Shown here: positions 41,157 to 54,585 of the stretch, piece after piece
Numbering within the stretch: the first letter of the stretch is position 1
How the letters are laid out: each line of letters starts with the position of its first letter
NCBI GenBank assembly: GCA_951406725.2
Contig: OX597825.1
Coordinates: forward strand, 31,062,001-31,126,000
Direction: 5' to 3'
Length of the DNA: 64,000 nucleotides
DNA from: Octopus vulgaris
Lineage: Eukaryota
Notes under the pieces: model-generated
Database searches by the model: none
The model's input: the letters and a program-made list of their open reading frames with translations, nothing else
Told to the model about the DNA's origin: nothing
Program-made: the position numbers and the translations under genes

Positions 41157-42700
41157 GATGTCCTGGAACTCCTCTGTGCTGATTACTTTGCTCTAATAGC
41201 TGAGTCACTACCAGAACTAGAGATGAAGGTTCAAGTGTGGAAGCAAGGTCTAGAATCAAAGGGCCTAAGAGTTAATCTAGCAAAAACTAAAGTCCTAGTA
41301 AGTAGAAAGACAAATCACAAACTCCTTCAGGTAGATGGCCCTGCTTGATCTGTAGAAAAGGCATAAGTAGAAACTCCATAAGGTAGATGGTGTAAGCTAC
41401 GGATACATACGAGGTGCAGTAATATCAAAGGAAGATTAACCAGGAAAATAGTTTTTGTGTGTGGCAGATGCACAGGGGCAATAAACACTGAAGATGTACA
41501 GAAAGCAGATTCCATCACATGCCAGAGGGAGAAACTAGAAGTAGTTAATTGCTTCCGCTACCTAGGTGACTAAGTTTGTAGTGGGTCTGAGAGCATTACC
41601 ACTAGATTAAGAATAGCCTGGACAGAGTTCAGAAAGCTTCTACTTCTGCTGGTAACAAAGGGCCTCAAATTCAGAGTGAAAGGTAGACTGTATGATGCCT
41701 GTGTGCGAACAGCTATGCTACACAGCAGTGAAACATGGCCATGACTATTGAGGACATACATAGGCTTGAAAGAAATAAAGTTAGTATGATCCACTGGATG
41801 TATAATGTCAGTGTGCACACATAACAGAATGTAAGCACCCTGAGAGAAATGTTGAACATAAGAAGCATCATATGTGGTACGATAGAGTGATGACAGCACT
41901 GGTAAGGTCATGTACTGCATGTGGATGAGGACAGCCGTGTGAAGTGTCACACCCTAACAGTGGAAGGAACCCATGGAAGAGGGAGGCCTAGGAAGACATG
42001 GGATGAGGTGGTAAAGCATGACCTTCAAACGTTGGGCCTCACAGAAGCAATGACAAGAGACCGAGACCTTTGGAGATATGCTGTGATTGAGAAGACCCTG
42101 CTGTGATTGAGAAGACCCTGCTGTGATTGAGAAGACCCTGCTGTGATTGAGAAGACCCTGCTGTGATTGAGAAGACCCAGCAAGTAAAATGAGATCAAAG
42201 CCATGGCTGGAACCAGTGTCAAATAAACAGCCCATTTAAAAGTACCCTTGAATTGTCGGGTGATACTCTGTGCTTGAGAAAACCTACAAAGTAAAGTAAA
42301 ATTGAAATCAAAATGGAAATCATAGATGTGGCCAACGCCAGAGCCGCCTGACTGGCTCCTGAGCTGGTGGCACATAATAAGTACCATTCAAGCTTAGGTT
42401 GATGCAAGTGCTGCCTGACTGGTTCCCAATGCAGGTAGCACATAGGCGCCATCCAAACGTGGTCAATGCCATTGTCGCCTTACTGGTTCCCATGCAGGTG
42501 GCACATAAAAAGCATCCACTGCACTCTCGGAGTGGTTGGCATTAGAAAGGGCATCAAGCTGTAGAAACCTTGCCAAATCAGATTGGAACCTGGTGCAGCC
42601 TTTTGGTTTGCCAGTCCTCAGTCAAACCATCCAATCCATACCAGCATGGAAAACAGACGTTAAATGCTGCTGCTGCTGAGGATGATGATGATGATGATAA
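41157..42700 (+). mobile_element. 5'-truncated RTE-clade LINE (RT C-terminal half plus 3' UTR), pseudogenised
   Basis: ELLCADYFALIAES (decayed YADD), LESKGLRVNLAKTK, FRYLGD, RVKGRLYDACVRTAMLH.SETW, GRGRPRKTWDEVV; ends in a (GAT)n tail. Confidence 0.9.
42081..42180 (+). repeat. Five tandem copies of 20-bp ctgtgattgagaagaccctg
   Basis: Four perfect units plus one with a single mismatch, at the RTE ORF terminus. Confidence 0.95.
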
Positions 42701-43328
42701 TATATACATATCCATATGTATAACTCTGTGTATAAATTCATATACACACAGGCAAGCTTACACATACAAGTATTGACAATAATCACACACCATGTATATA
42801 ATGTATATATCCAAGTTTATATATACAAATACATATGCATATCTATCTAGCTTTCTTTCTCTCTCTCTCTCTCCCTCTCTCTCTCTCTCTAACTATAGAC
42901 ACACACATGCACACACATACAAGAGGCATGCAGCACGCACATACACACACATATATTCATGAACACATCTACTACATACACATATGTATGGGTGTGTAGG
43001 TGTACACACATATAAGATGTTGATGTATTGATCCTATAGTGGAGTGAAGATACCGAAAATAGAAAAAACTTCCAATATATTCTTGGATTTTGGTTTAGTC
43101 TTCTGATACAAAATATCTTATAGAATTTCGTTATGACACACTAACTCTTTTGGAACTTGTTTTGACCTTTTTTTTTTGGGAGGGGTGGTTTGTAATTTTT
43201 TTAATTTTTGGGTCTTTTATATTTTTCTTTTCTCCTTTGTCATCACAAATTGTTTTTACGTCACAAACAGAAGCAATGCTAATGGCATGGAAAAATAATA
43301 AAGTGAAAATATCATTCATATGCATATC

Positions 43329-43366
<38 letters not shown>

Positions 43367-43417
43367 TCCCTACACATACACACATATATATATACATAAC
43401 ATGTATGCATAACGATA

Positions 43418-43453
<36 letters not shown>

Positions 43454-45454
43454 GTATATAATATGCATCATACATACACACAAATGCTTAAGTATATATG
43501 CATATATATATATCGAATATACATACATATGCATAAATATATATATATATGCATATACATACAAACATATACATGTACATCATCAACATTTAACATTATA
43601 TATATATATATACGTGTGTGTATATATATATATATAAAACACGTGTATGTATGCATGTATGTATGTATGAATGTAAGGATATGCATATAATACACCAGCT
43701 CTGCATAGGGATGCTGCAGCCACTGATTACATCAACATAAACGAGGAAGCTGTAATATCAGTCAGAGATGAAACACACCTAATCTGAGCAACGGGGCTCT
43801 GATGGGTTTGCAACACTTGTCTTGAAAACATATAAATAGGTTTTAGCAGAATCACTTCACATACTTCTGCAAATCTTTCTTGCAAGTGCTAACCTCTCAC
43901 GTCACAAGCATCACAGAACAAAAAGTTCAAAGGATGCAGAAAGAATCTGGAAACTGCATATTTAGTGAAGTGTCTTTTCGTGCTGATTTCAATGCATGCT
44001 GCAGCGAAATATTATCTTTCAGTCATCAATTTACAGTGATACCGGTTATGAAATGGGGAGGAGCAAATGTTATGTTAATGTGAAGAATTGTTTTTCTATG
44101 CAAATAATGATGTGGGTGGGGAAGCTGTTGATGGTGGTGAGAGTTGTATCAGTGATAGTGATGATGATGATGGTGGTGGTGGTGGTGGTGATGGTGACAG
44201 TGATGGTAATAATCATGATGATAGAGATGATGATGATGATGATGATAGGGGAGGTGATGTTGATGATGATGCTAGCAATGATAATTAGAATACTAATGCC
44301 TATAAGGATAGTGATAATATTAATAATGAAAATAATGACTACTGTTATGGTGGTGGTGATGACAATGACGATGATGATGCTGACGACTTACAGCAATGAT
44401 TTTGATATTAATCATATGCAAATGATTTTCACTTTGTGACACTGTGTGTGTAAGTGTGTATGTGTGTGCATGTGTGTGTGTGTGTGTGTGTGTGTGCTTG
44501 TGTGTGTGTGTGTGTTTGCTGGTCGGTTGATTGGGGGCTAATTAACAATTAGTAGTTATGCCCTCTCAACTCTGACATCATTAGCTTAATCAAGCCGTTA
44601 ACTTTTTAAAATACCTTGTTTTGAAGTGAAACAGAACCACTGATTAAACAATTAAAAGCTGTTAGTTGTTACATTACAAAGACAAACCCTTTGACCCCAA
44701 TTAACTTATTTTATTCCACTTTCCTTAGCAATAACGTACACAAAAGGTCAACATCCTCAAGGATAGGATACTAGTCTATTCCATGTAAATTTCCCTTCCT
44801 CAGGACCTTGTGCAAACCATGCTTTCCAGACTATATAAATTCTGCACAATTCCATTGATCATTTCTATTGTATCTTTCATTTGTTTCATTCATTGGACTG
44901 TGGCCATGCTGTAGCAGTCTTGAAGGTTTTAGTTGAACAAATCAACTTCAGTACTTATTTTTTATTTTCTAAAGTCTAATACTCATATTGGCAAATGCTT
45001 TCGCTGAACCACAAACTTTCAGGGACATAAACAATTCCACACACACACACACATACATACATGCATGTATGTATATATGTATAAATGGATAAAATTGTAA
45101 AGTATTAATCTACGATGGTGGACTGGAACCAGTGGAAACAGTAAAATCAGACCAGATGCTTGACAGCATTTGGTTTGGATCTTTGTATTCCGAGTTTGAG
45201 TTCTTCATTGCTTATTTAAGTGGTAGAATTAGTTCATAATCTTATTTAACACTTTATCTCAAGAACCTTAGGTGCCTTCAGCAGATCCTACCCTGTTGCC
45301 TGTTAAACAGTTGTGGGAAGTGCCTTGCCTCTGCACTAAAAGGCATTTTTAAATGCTCTTTTCATTACAAAAAAAAAAATTTTAATAACAAGAACGGAAT
45401 AAGTATGGCTGTGTGATTAAGAAGTCTACATTGCAGTAAACCTTTTGTATTTAA

Positions 45455-45663
45455 CCCTCTAGCATTCAAACCGGCCATATCCTACTTGTTTTATGTTCAA
45501 ACTAGCCAAATCTGGCCATTCACACCTACTCTACTATGTCACTCTAAAACAATAAATGTTCACATCATCAAAATCTCAAAGCTACAAGATAATGTTTAAT
45601 TTATTCAAAACAAAGTGAATAAATAAGTATTATATTTGATAGGAAAATATGAATGCTAAGGGG
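45455..45663. mobile_element. piggyBac-type MITE
   Basis: TTAA|ccctctagcattca ... tgaatgctaagggg|TTAA: TTAA TSDs and CCC-starting TIRs. Confidence 0.8.
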
Positions 45664-45861
45664 TTAAAGTGAACATATCAAGACCAAATATTTTATCTGG
45701 CTTCTCATTCTAACTCTGCAATGTTATACTAAAAATAAACAGTCGAGGGATTACTGTATAGCAAAAAGACAAAAAAGGGAAAGAAATAACTAAGGCAAAT
45801 CTGAACTTATATTAGCTGAAAAAAATATGGCACACAAGAGTTATTAATTCTTTGGCAGCAA

Positions 45862-46199
45862 AATTACTCTGTCAAATGTGATACTTATTTATTCACATTG
45901 TTTTGAATTCATCATGCATTATGTAGTAGCTTCAAGATTTCAGTAATGTTATTCTTTTATGCTTTTACTCTTTTACTTGTTTCAGTCATTTGACTGTGGC
46001 CATGCTGGAGCACTGCCTTTAGTTCAACAAATCGAAAACAGGAGTTATTCTTTGTAAGCCTAGTACTTATTCTATCGGTCTCTTTTGCTGAACTGCAAAG
46101 TTACGGGGAGGTAAACACACCAGCATCGGTTGTCAAGCGATGTTCGGGGGACAAAGACAGACACATAATCGATACACACACACACACACACACAAACAT

Positions 46200-46249
<50 letters not shown>

Positions 46250-46492
46250 GACAGGCTTCTTTCAGTTTCCGTCTACCAAATCCACTCACAAGGCTTTGGT
46301 CGGCCCAAGGCTATAATAGAAGACACTTGCCCAAGTTGCCACGCAGTGGGACTGAATCCAGAACCATGTGGTTCATAAGCAAGCTACTTACCACACAGCC
46401 ACTCCTACGCCTACTTTGTTTACTTTTAGAATGACATTGTAAGGTAGGTTTGAAAGGCTGGATTAGGGTGGTTTGAACATAAAACAGGTAGA
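45862..46492 (-). mobile_element. Inverted copy of the same MITE interrupted by a full-length SINE A (about 45955-46412, minus strand)
   Basis: 45862-45952 and 46415-46492 are reverse-complementary to parts of 45455-45663; the intervening sequence is the reverse complement of SINE A. Confidence 0.8.
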
Positions 46493-46913
46493 AGAGGCAA
46501 GTTGAAATGCTACCTTGTTAAGGAAGGGACTATGGTCAGGATAACTTAAATTTGCGATGCTGGTCGCAGTTTGGTTCCGTCACAATCTTTTGCTCATGCT
46601 TCGTACCTGCGATTATCAGGATTATCTGTTTGAAGAAGGAAGGGTTCCAGGAGTTTGACTTGCCATTGGCAGAACACACTACAAAAAGATGAAAGCTTTT
46701 TGATCCAATACAGTACGATGTTCAGGTTTCAACTATTGACCAAGTTATGAGGATATTATCATTTCTGTTCTACTTCAGTTTCTAGATGAAGAAAGATAAA
46801 TAGATGTAAATTATGTTATCACTGGATCATAGAGAGTGAGAGGCTCTGTATGCATGCTTTCAATGTCTTCTCCATTAACGTTACATAGTTATTTTCAATA
46901 CCATACATGCATA

Positions 46914-47020
<107 letters not shown>

Positions 47021-48105
47021 CACATATAAATATACATTTACGCACATATACATATATATACACCTATATTTATATAAATGTATATATGTATATATACCTA
47101 TATATACACATGTATATACTAATATATATATATATAGATATATTTGTGTCTTATATGTTTATGTGTGTGTATATATGCATACAACACACATACATATATG
47201 AACACACACATATATAGCCATGCATACACACACATACGCGCACGCGCACACACATACATCTATTTATAACTCCATACTCAAACTCATATATGCACGTATT
47301 AAAGAATATTTATTATGGCAAAGTTCCCACATTGCAACAATCCTGATTCTTGGACTGACCCTAAAAATGACCTCTGAGGCTCTTAATTCCATGACGCCCA
47401 AGTCAATCCAAGGGACTCTGTTGAAATGTGTGATACACAGAAGGAAAAACGAAAATAACAACAACAATAAAACAACATCAACATCGCGTCCTTAAATATT
47501 TGGTTTATATCAAAGTGTAGTAGTATGATATAAAAACAGAAAGAATTTGGATGCAAGTCTATTTGATACTCGAGATGGAAATTTCTTATGAAAAGATTCA
47601 TTTCATCAACATTAAGATCTTTGAAATGAAGAAGAGGAAAACAAAATATTAAATATGTATATTCTGTGATTCTCCTTCTTTAGTCTTTCATTTAAAATTC
47701 AAGCTTCTAACCCTGCAATGATTGATCTAGAAGTGATTATCTCCCTTTCAATAACTAACCACCAGGGCACAGCACGTGTCAAGTTTTCTTTTACTCTTCA
47801 TATTTGAAAAAGAGGAAGGAGCAATGAGGGGGTGAGAAAGAGAGAGGGAGCAAGGTGGGGAGAGATAGATATAGGGTGAGTTTGGTAAAAGAGAGATGCA
47901 GAGATGTTGGGATAAAGAGAGGACACAGATAAGGAAAGCAAATAGACAAGTGAGAAAGATGGAAGGTGGGATGAAGGAAAAGAAGGGGTTTGAGGACAGA
48001 GAGGGAGATGGAAGACAGAAAAGGTCATACAAAAAGATGGGGAAAGGTGTACAGAGAGGGACAGAGTGAGAGAGAGAGAGAGGGAGACAGAGAGAGAGAG
48101 GGAGT

Positions 48106-48143
<38 letters not shown>

Positions 48144-48570
48144 ATAAGAGAAAAATAGATGAAGTCACACTAAAAAGAAGATTTTTAAAAAAAAGCTTAT
48201 ATACATACACACACACACAAACTTCATTTCACATTGACCCAATCCACCCAGATAAAAACAATAATCAGCTGAGAGCTGGTGGTACCTCTATCTCTCCCTC
48301 CAGCCACCAGATCATCCTGGATAAGTGCTGCTGGTTCAAAGGATGGCAGAGACATTAAGGTGTCTATGTTTGCCTAATACTTGTTACCAAGCAATACTCA
48401 TTCATAAGTGAGGCCCGGTTATACATACATAGATATATACATACATATACATACATACACACACATACACACACACACACACAGACACTCATATATATAT
48501 ATATGTATACATATACATGTGTGTGTGTAGTATATATGTATATCTATCTATATATCTATCTATCTATCAA

Positions 48571-48607
<37 letters not shown>

Positions 48608-48830
48608 GCATATATATATGTATATATATATATATTTATATATATATATATGTATGTGTATATATATATATATATATGTGTAGTAACAATAATCCATTAT
48701 ATCGGTACAGCTTGATGCATCCCAGAAAAACTGATTCACCAGTCAGCAACATAGACTATGGCCAACATAATAGAATAGGAGCTTCATTTGCATATTCAAA
48801 ACATTTCCCATAAACAAGTTTGAAAGATAT

Positions 48831-48882
<52 letters not shown>

Positions 48883-49483
48883 TAAATAATTGTAGGATTC
48901 ATTTCAATCAAGGTACTTCAACATTCAGGACATCAGGAAAGGGTCTAGTCCAGGACATATATGTATATACCACATACACATACATCCTTACATACATGTG
49001 CATATATGAATATATGTATCTATGCACATACATATATATGTACAAGCACACAAACATGTACACACACACATATATATATATATACATATCAATATACATA
49101 TACATGGAAATATATACCCATACAGACATGCATGTAGGTTCATGATTCGATGCTAGTTCCAGATTCAACATAGGGAAGGTACCAGGTGCAATGTTTGCAT
49201 AAAATAAGAACACAATTGGAATAAAGGTTCACTATAGCTGTTACAGACACATCTTTTATTGATGAATCATTTGATTACATCATGATACATAAACCGTTTT
49301 TTTTCAGATGATTAAAAGTCTCTTCAATGATGCTGAGAGAGTCAATCTACATCTTGAAATATTTTTCTCCACACCAAATTTTTAATCAACTGAAGAAAAT
49401 GTAATCAAATGTTTCATCAATAGCAAATATGCCTGAAACAGCTGTAGGGAACATTTAAACCATTTCTGGTTGTATGATATATA

Positions 49484-49647
49484 GAGGCGCAGGTGTGGCT
49501 GTACAGTAAAAAGCCTGCTTCATAACCACAAGGTTCCAGGTTCAGTTCCACTGTGTGGCACCTTGAGCAAGTGTCTTCTACTGTAGCCCTGGGCTGATGA
49601 AAGCCTTGTGAGTGGATTTGGTAGACAAAAATTGAAAGAAGCCCATC

Positions 49648-49681
<34 letters not shown>

Positions 49682-49866
49682 ATGTATTAGTGTGTCTGTG
49701 ATTGTCCCCACCACCATCGCTTGACAACCATCGCTTGGTGTGTTTACATCCTTGTAACTTACCAGTTTGGCAAAAGAGATCAATAGAATAAGTACTAGGC
49801 TTACAAAGAATAAGTCCCGGGGTCAGGTTGTTTGACCAAAGGCAGTGCTCTAGCATGGCTAGTCAT
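49484..49866 (+). mobile_element. SINE family A
   Basis: Colinear with other A copies. Confidence 0.85.
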
Positions 49867-49917
49867 ATACATATATATATGTATGTATATATACAAACAG
49901 ACACACACACACACAAA

Positions 49918-49961
<44 letters not shown>

Positions 49962-49989
49962 TATATGTGTGTGTGTGGGTGTTTTTCTT

Positions 49990-50240
49990 TTATTCTCTTT
50001 TATTTGCTTCTGTCATTTGAGTGCAGCCATGCTCGAGCACCACCTTAAAGGGTTTTAGTCAAAGAACTCGACCCCAAGACTTATTCTTTATAAGCCTACT
50101 ACTTATTCTATCGGTCTCTTTTGCCAAACCGCTAAGTTACAGGGACGTAAACACACCGACACCGGTTGTCAAGTGATCATGGTGGGGACAAACACAGACA
50201 CAAACACACAAACATACACACACACATATATATATACATG

Positions 50241-50327
<87 letters not shown>

Positions 50328-50666
50328 GGTACAATAAATTTAGGGTGAATACTTGATAAGTGTAAGCACCTGTATACGCCAGCTAGTAGCAGAGGTGAGA
50401 GGGTATATGCATTAAATGAAATCAAAAACAAAACACAAAGGATGTCGTGGTACACATGTCTCAATCTTTATAAATGATCTATTCTTACATATATATATAT
50501 ACAACAGGCTTCTTTCAGTTTCCATCTACCAAATCAACTCACAAGGCTTTGGTCAGCCTGAGGCTATAGTAAAAGACACTTGCCCGAGATGCTACACAGT
50601 GGGACTGAACCTGGAACCATGTGTTTAAGAAGCCAGGTTCTCATCACACAGCCATGCCTGCACCTA
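49990..50666 (-). mobile_element. SINE family A, with an expanded internal (TA)n holding a ~170-bp insertion (50322-50490)
   Basis: 3' half at 49990-50200 and 5' half at 50505-50666, both on the minus strand. Confidence 0.8.
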
Positions 50667-51448
50667 TTTGCGCATATATTTTATACACTAAGTCGCTTTC
50701 TGCTTCCAAGATTTACATATTTGTGATTCTTGGGCAGATCTGTGACATTTCATTACTCTGTATGTTGTTAAATTATCTCCTACAAAGATATCTTCATCAT
50801 CATCATTAACATCCTCACCATTATTCATCATTATCGTTGTAGGGTTCCTCCTAATTATCGTTACTATGATCAAATCAGCATTTGTCCTTCTTCATTGTAA
50901 CTACCATCACCATCATCATGATCATGCCGATCATCATCATCATCACTGTCATCGTCGTCGTCATTGTCATCAGCTCATCTCATCGCTCTTCTTTATTATG
51001 ATTATCTTCATCACTTCATCTGGTCGTCAAACTTTTGCGATTGTCATCCCTATCGTCATTCCATCTCATCTTCAAAAACTTTATCATCATAGTCAACAAC
51101 ATCACTATAATTATCACTCTTCTTCTTATCATCGACATTATCAACACCTTAAAATCCATTACAAGAGATGACATCATCATCACCATCCCCCACTAAATCC
51201 ACCATCACCACCATTGTGATTATCATCATCATCAATAATAATAATAATAATGATAACAACACAACAACAACAATAATAATAATAATAATGATAACAACAC
51301 AATAACAACAATAACAACAACAACAATAATAATAATAACAACAATAATAATAATCACTGCCGCCAACACCACCAAAACTACCACTTGCATCAACATTACT
51401 ACCACTGTCATCATCAAAATCATAATAATAATAATAATAATAATAATA

Positions 51449-51694
51449 ATCCTTTCTGCCATAGGCAGAAGGCCTGAAATTTCGAGGGAGGGGGCTAGTT
51501 GATTACATTGACCCCAGAACTCAACTGGTACTTATTTCATTGGCCCTGAGAGGATGAAAGGCAAAGTTGACTTCAATGGAATTGGAACTCAGATGAAATG
51601 CCACAAAACATCTTGCCCAGCATGCTAATGATTCTGCCAGCTTACTGCCTTAATAATAATAATAATAATAATAATAATGATAATAATAATAATG

Positions 51695-51746
<52 letters not shown>

Positions 51747-52160
51747 CAATCCTTTCTACTATGGGCACAAGGCCTCAAATTCGGAGGATGAGGATAGTCG
51801 ATTACATCAACCTTAGTGCATAACTGGTACTTATATCAACCCCCAAAAGGATGGAAGGCAAAGTTAACCTCAGCAGAATTTGAACTCAGAATGTAAGGAC
51901 ATAAGAAATGCCACTAAGCATTTTGCCCCATGTGCTAATGATTCTGCCAGTTTGCCGCCTTAATAACAATAATAAAAATAATCCTTTCTACTAAAGGCAT
52001 AAGGCCTGAAATTTGGGTGTGGGTGGGGGGTCTAGTCAACTACATTAACCTCAGTATTTCACTGGTACTTAATTTAATGACCCCAAAAAGATGAATGGCA
52101 AAGTTGACCTCAGAAGCATTTCATCCAGCATTCTAACAATTCTGCCAGCTCACCACCTTC
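51449..52160 (-). mobile_element. Three tandem SINE family B-related copies separated by (TAA)n
   Basis: Units at about 51449-51651, 51748-51961 and 51980-52160, each aatcctttcta...aaggcctgaaatt...actggtactta...aggcaaagttgac...ttctgccagc. Confidence 0.8.
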
Positions 52161-52162
52161 AC

Positions 52163-52228
<66 letters not shown>

Positions 52229-52231
<3 letters not shown>

Positions 52232-52655
52232 GCCAACAAGCCAGATATAGTTCTCAGAGATCATGAAGGAAAAAAATGCTTTCTAATTGATATATCAATA
52301 CCAGCAGATGACAACGTGTCTCTAAAAGAAATGGAGAAACTTTCAAAATACAAAGACCTGGAAATAGAGGTAACTAGAATGTGGAATCTAAAAACAGAAA
52401 TAATTCCTATCATAGAAGGTGCATTAGGTATGATAAAAAAATAACCAGACAAATACATAACAAAAACTCCAGGACTTACAAACACATACAACATACAAAA
52501 AATTGCACTACTAGGCACTGCACACATCCTACACAAAACACTTTCAATACAATAACCATCAGAGCATCACAACAAATCACAGCACATAGCCAAGGCACAC
52601 ACAGCTGCGCTCGGTTGTGAAGTGAAAGCATGCTATAAAAATAAAACTACTGAAT
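52229..52655 (+). mobile_element. R4/Dong-like non-LTR retrotransposon 3' fragment (restriction-like endonuclease domain)
   Basis: KANKPDIVLRD...CFLIDISIPADDNVSLKEMEKLSKYKDL...IPII.GALG...QKIALLGTAHIL (PD..D..K..KY RLE motif), one internal stop; flanked on both sides by (TAA)n. Confidence 0.85.
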
Positions 52656-52656
52656 G

Positions 52657-52712
<56 letters not shown>

Positions 52713-52894
52713 TTCCAACATGAACTTCCAACCTGTTGTCTCTTGAGGTCTCTGGGTGAGACTTGGAGCCAACTTGTACAAATATAAAGCAAAAGTCAAA
52801 CATAGAATAATAATAATAATAATAATAATAATGATAATAACATTCAAACAAACAAGAAATTAGAAAATAATAGACTAGATATAACAATTATGGA

Positions 52895-53280
52895 TAAGGA
52901 AAAGTGAAGTGGCTTATTTATCATGCCCATTTGATTCCAGGATTGTAAAGAAAGAGGAAGAAAAACAAAGAAAATACAATCCATAAAACTTTGAAATAGG
53001 AAAAATTAAAAGCATGAGAACAGTAAAGGTGGCGCCTGTAATAACTGATGCATTGAGAACAGTAACCAAAGATATAGAGAAATGGCTGAAAGAAACTGGA
53101 ATAGTATGTCTTGTAGAGCTCCTACAGAAAGTTTGTCACTCAAGGACAGCAAGGATTATCAGAAAGGTTCTAAGCACTTAAAAGACTATTGAAAATTTTT
53201 GTATACCTAAGGTTACAGGTAGTAACCTGCTACCCATATAAATCTTATCAAGAATAAGACTGAACCTGAGCCAAACCAAA
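52895..53280 (+). mobile_element. Second, divergent R4/Dong-like RLE 3' fragment
   Basis: CPFDSRIVKKEEEKQRKY...VKVAPVITDALRTVTKDIEKWL...LLQKVC..RTARIIRKVLST* (stop at 53179-53181). Confidence 0.75.
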
Positions 53281-53836
53281 TAATTATGCCCTGATGCAGG
53301 ACCAGGCAGTGGCTCTCATGAGTTCTGATCTTAACCGATCACAAGTGTTATCATGTACATGTTTTGACTTGGTATTAAAAAAAAGATGGGCTACAGTAAA
53401 CATTCTGCTCAATTCCACAGATTTGCTTGTCAGTTATTTGACTTTAACCAACTGAGCATGTCCCTTAGTGGCTGACAATATGCGCATCTGTGATCATGAG
53501 CAAGAGTAATGGGGGAGTATCATAGCCATGTGTTGAGAAGAATTCTTTGGGGTTTGAATAATTCATCTCTGGAAACATGGGTATTTTGTTCATCATTCTT
53601 AAACAAATCTTATTCAGAGACCTTTTGAGTGGGATGGGCAACTCAATCAGCATAAAATTCTAACTAGTCCCCACTTGCAAGGTCATGTGCTATTTATCTT
53701 GATATGAGGTCACCATGTTGCATACATATGGTTGTGATGCATGTGCTTGGTGTACCCTCCTTATCAAATGAATAGTCATAATGGGTATAGTGGGCTTCAT
53801 ATATTTGTGCCCCAGTGTCACTTTGCTCTCTCACTC

Positions 53837-53871
<35 letters not shown>

Positions 53872-53894
53872 TGATGATGATGATGATGATAATG

Positions 53895-54080
53895 ATTTCA
53901 AATGTTGGCATGTGGTCAGCAAGTTTGGGGGAGGGGAATAGTTAATTACATCAACTCCAGTGTTCAAGTGGTACTTATTCTATTGACCTTGGTCAAATTT
54001 GAACTCAGAACGTAAAGATGGACAAAATGCTGCTAAACATTTTGTCCAGCATGCTAACGATTCTGCCAGCTCACCATCTT
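53895..54080 (-). mobile_element. SINE family B-related, deleted copy
   Basis: ggtacttatt...atttgaactcagaacgtaaag...tgctaacgattctgccagctcacc. Confidence 0.7.
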
Positions 54081-54119
54081 AATAATATCAATGATAACAA
54101 CAGCAATAACAACAATAAT

Positions 54120-54334
54120 GATAATAATAGTCATTATCATCCGCATCACCACTGTCATCATCATTGCCATCAATGTCACCGTCATCGTCATTGTCACTGC
54201 CACCACCATCACATCATCATCATCATCATCATTATCATAATCACCACAATCACTCTCATTATTATCATCATCATCATCATTGTCATGGTCATTGTCGTCA
54301 TCATCATCATCATCATCGTCATCATCCTCATCAC

Positions 54335-54370
<36 letters not shown>

Positions 54371-54585
54371 AATTAGTATGATCAGTAGCAGAATTATCAT
54401 TTCCATCTTGTACCAGCTGATTTGTCATTATTATCATCATCATCATTGTTATGGTCATTGTCATTATCATCCTCATCATCCTCATCATCACACCACCACC
54501 ATAATTAGTATCATCATCACCACCACCACAATTAGTATGATCAGTAGCAGAATTATCATTTACATCTTGTACCAGCTGATTTATT
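54120..54585. repeat. Degenerate (CAT)n field containing a ~55-bp direct duplication
   Basis: aattagtatgatcagtagcagaattatcattt.catcttgtaccagctgattt at about 54370-54423 and 54530-54582. Confidence 0.85.

Noticed and set aside
42081-42180. CRISPR-like direct repeats
   Set aside because: No spacers, eukaryotic context and located inside a LINE; it is a simple minisatellite.
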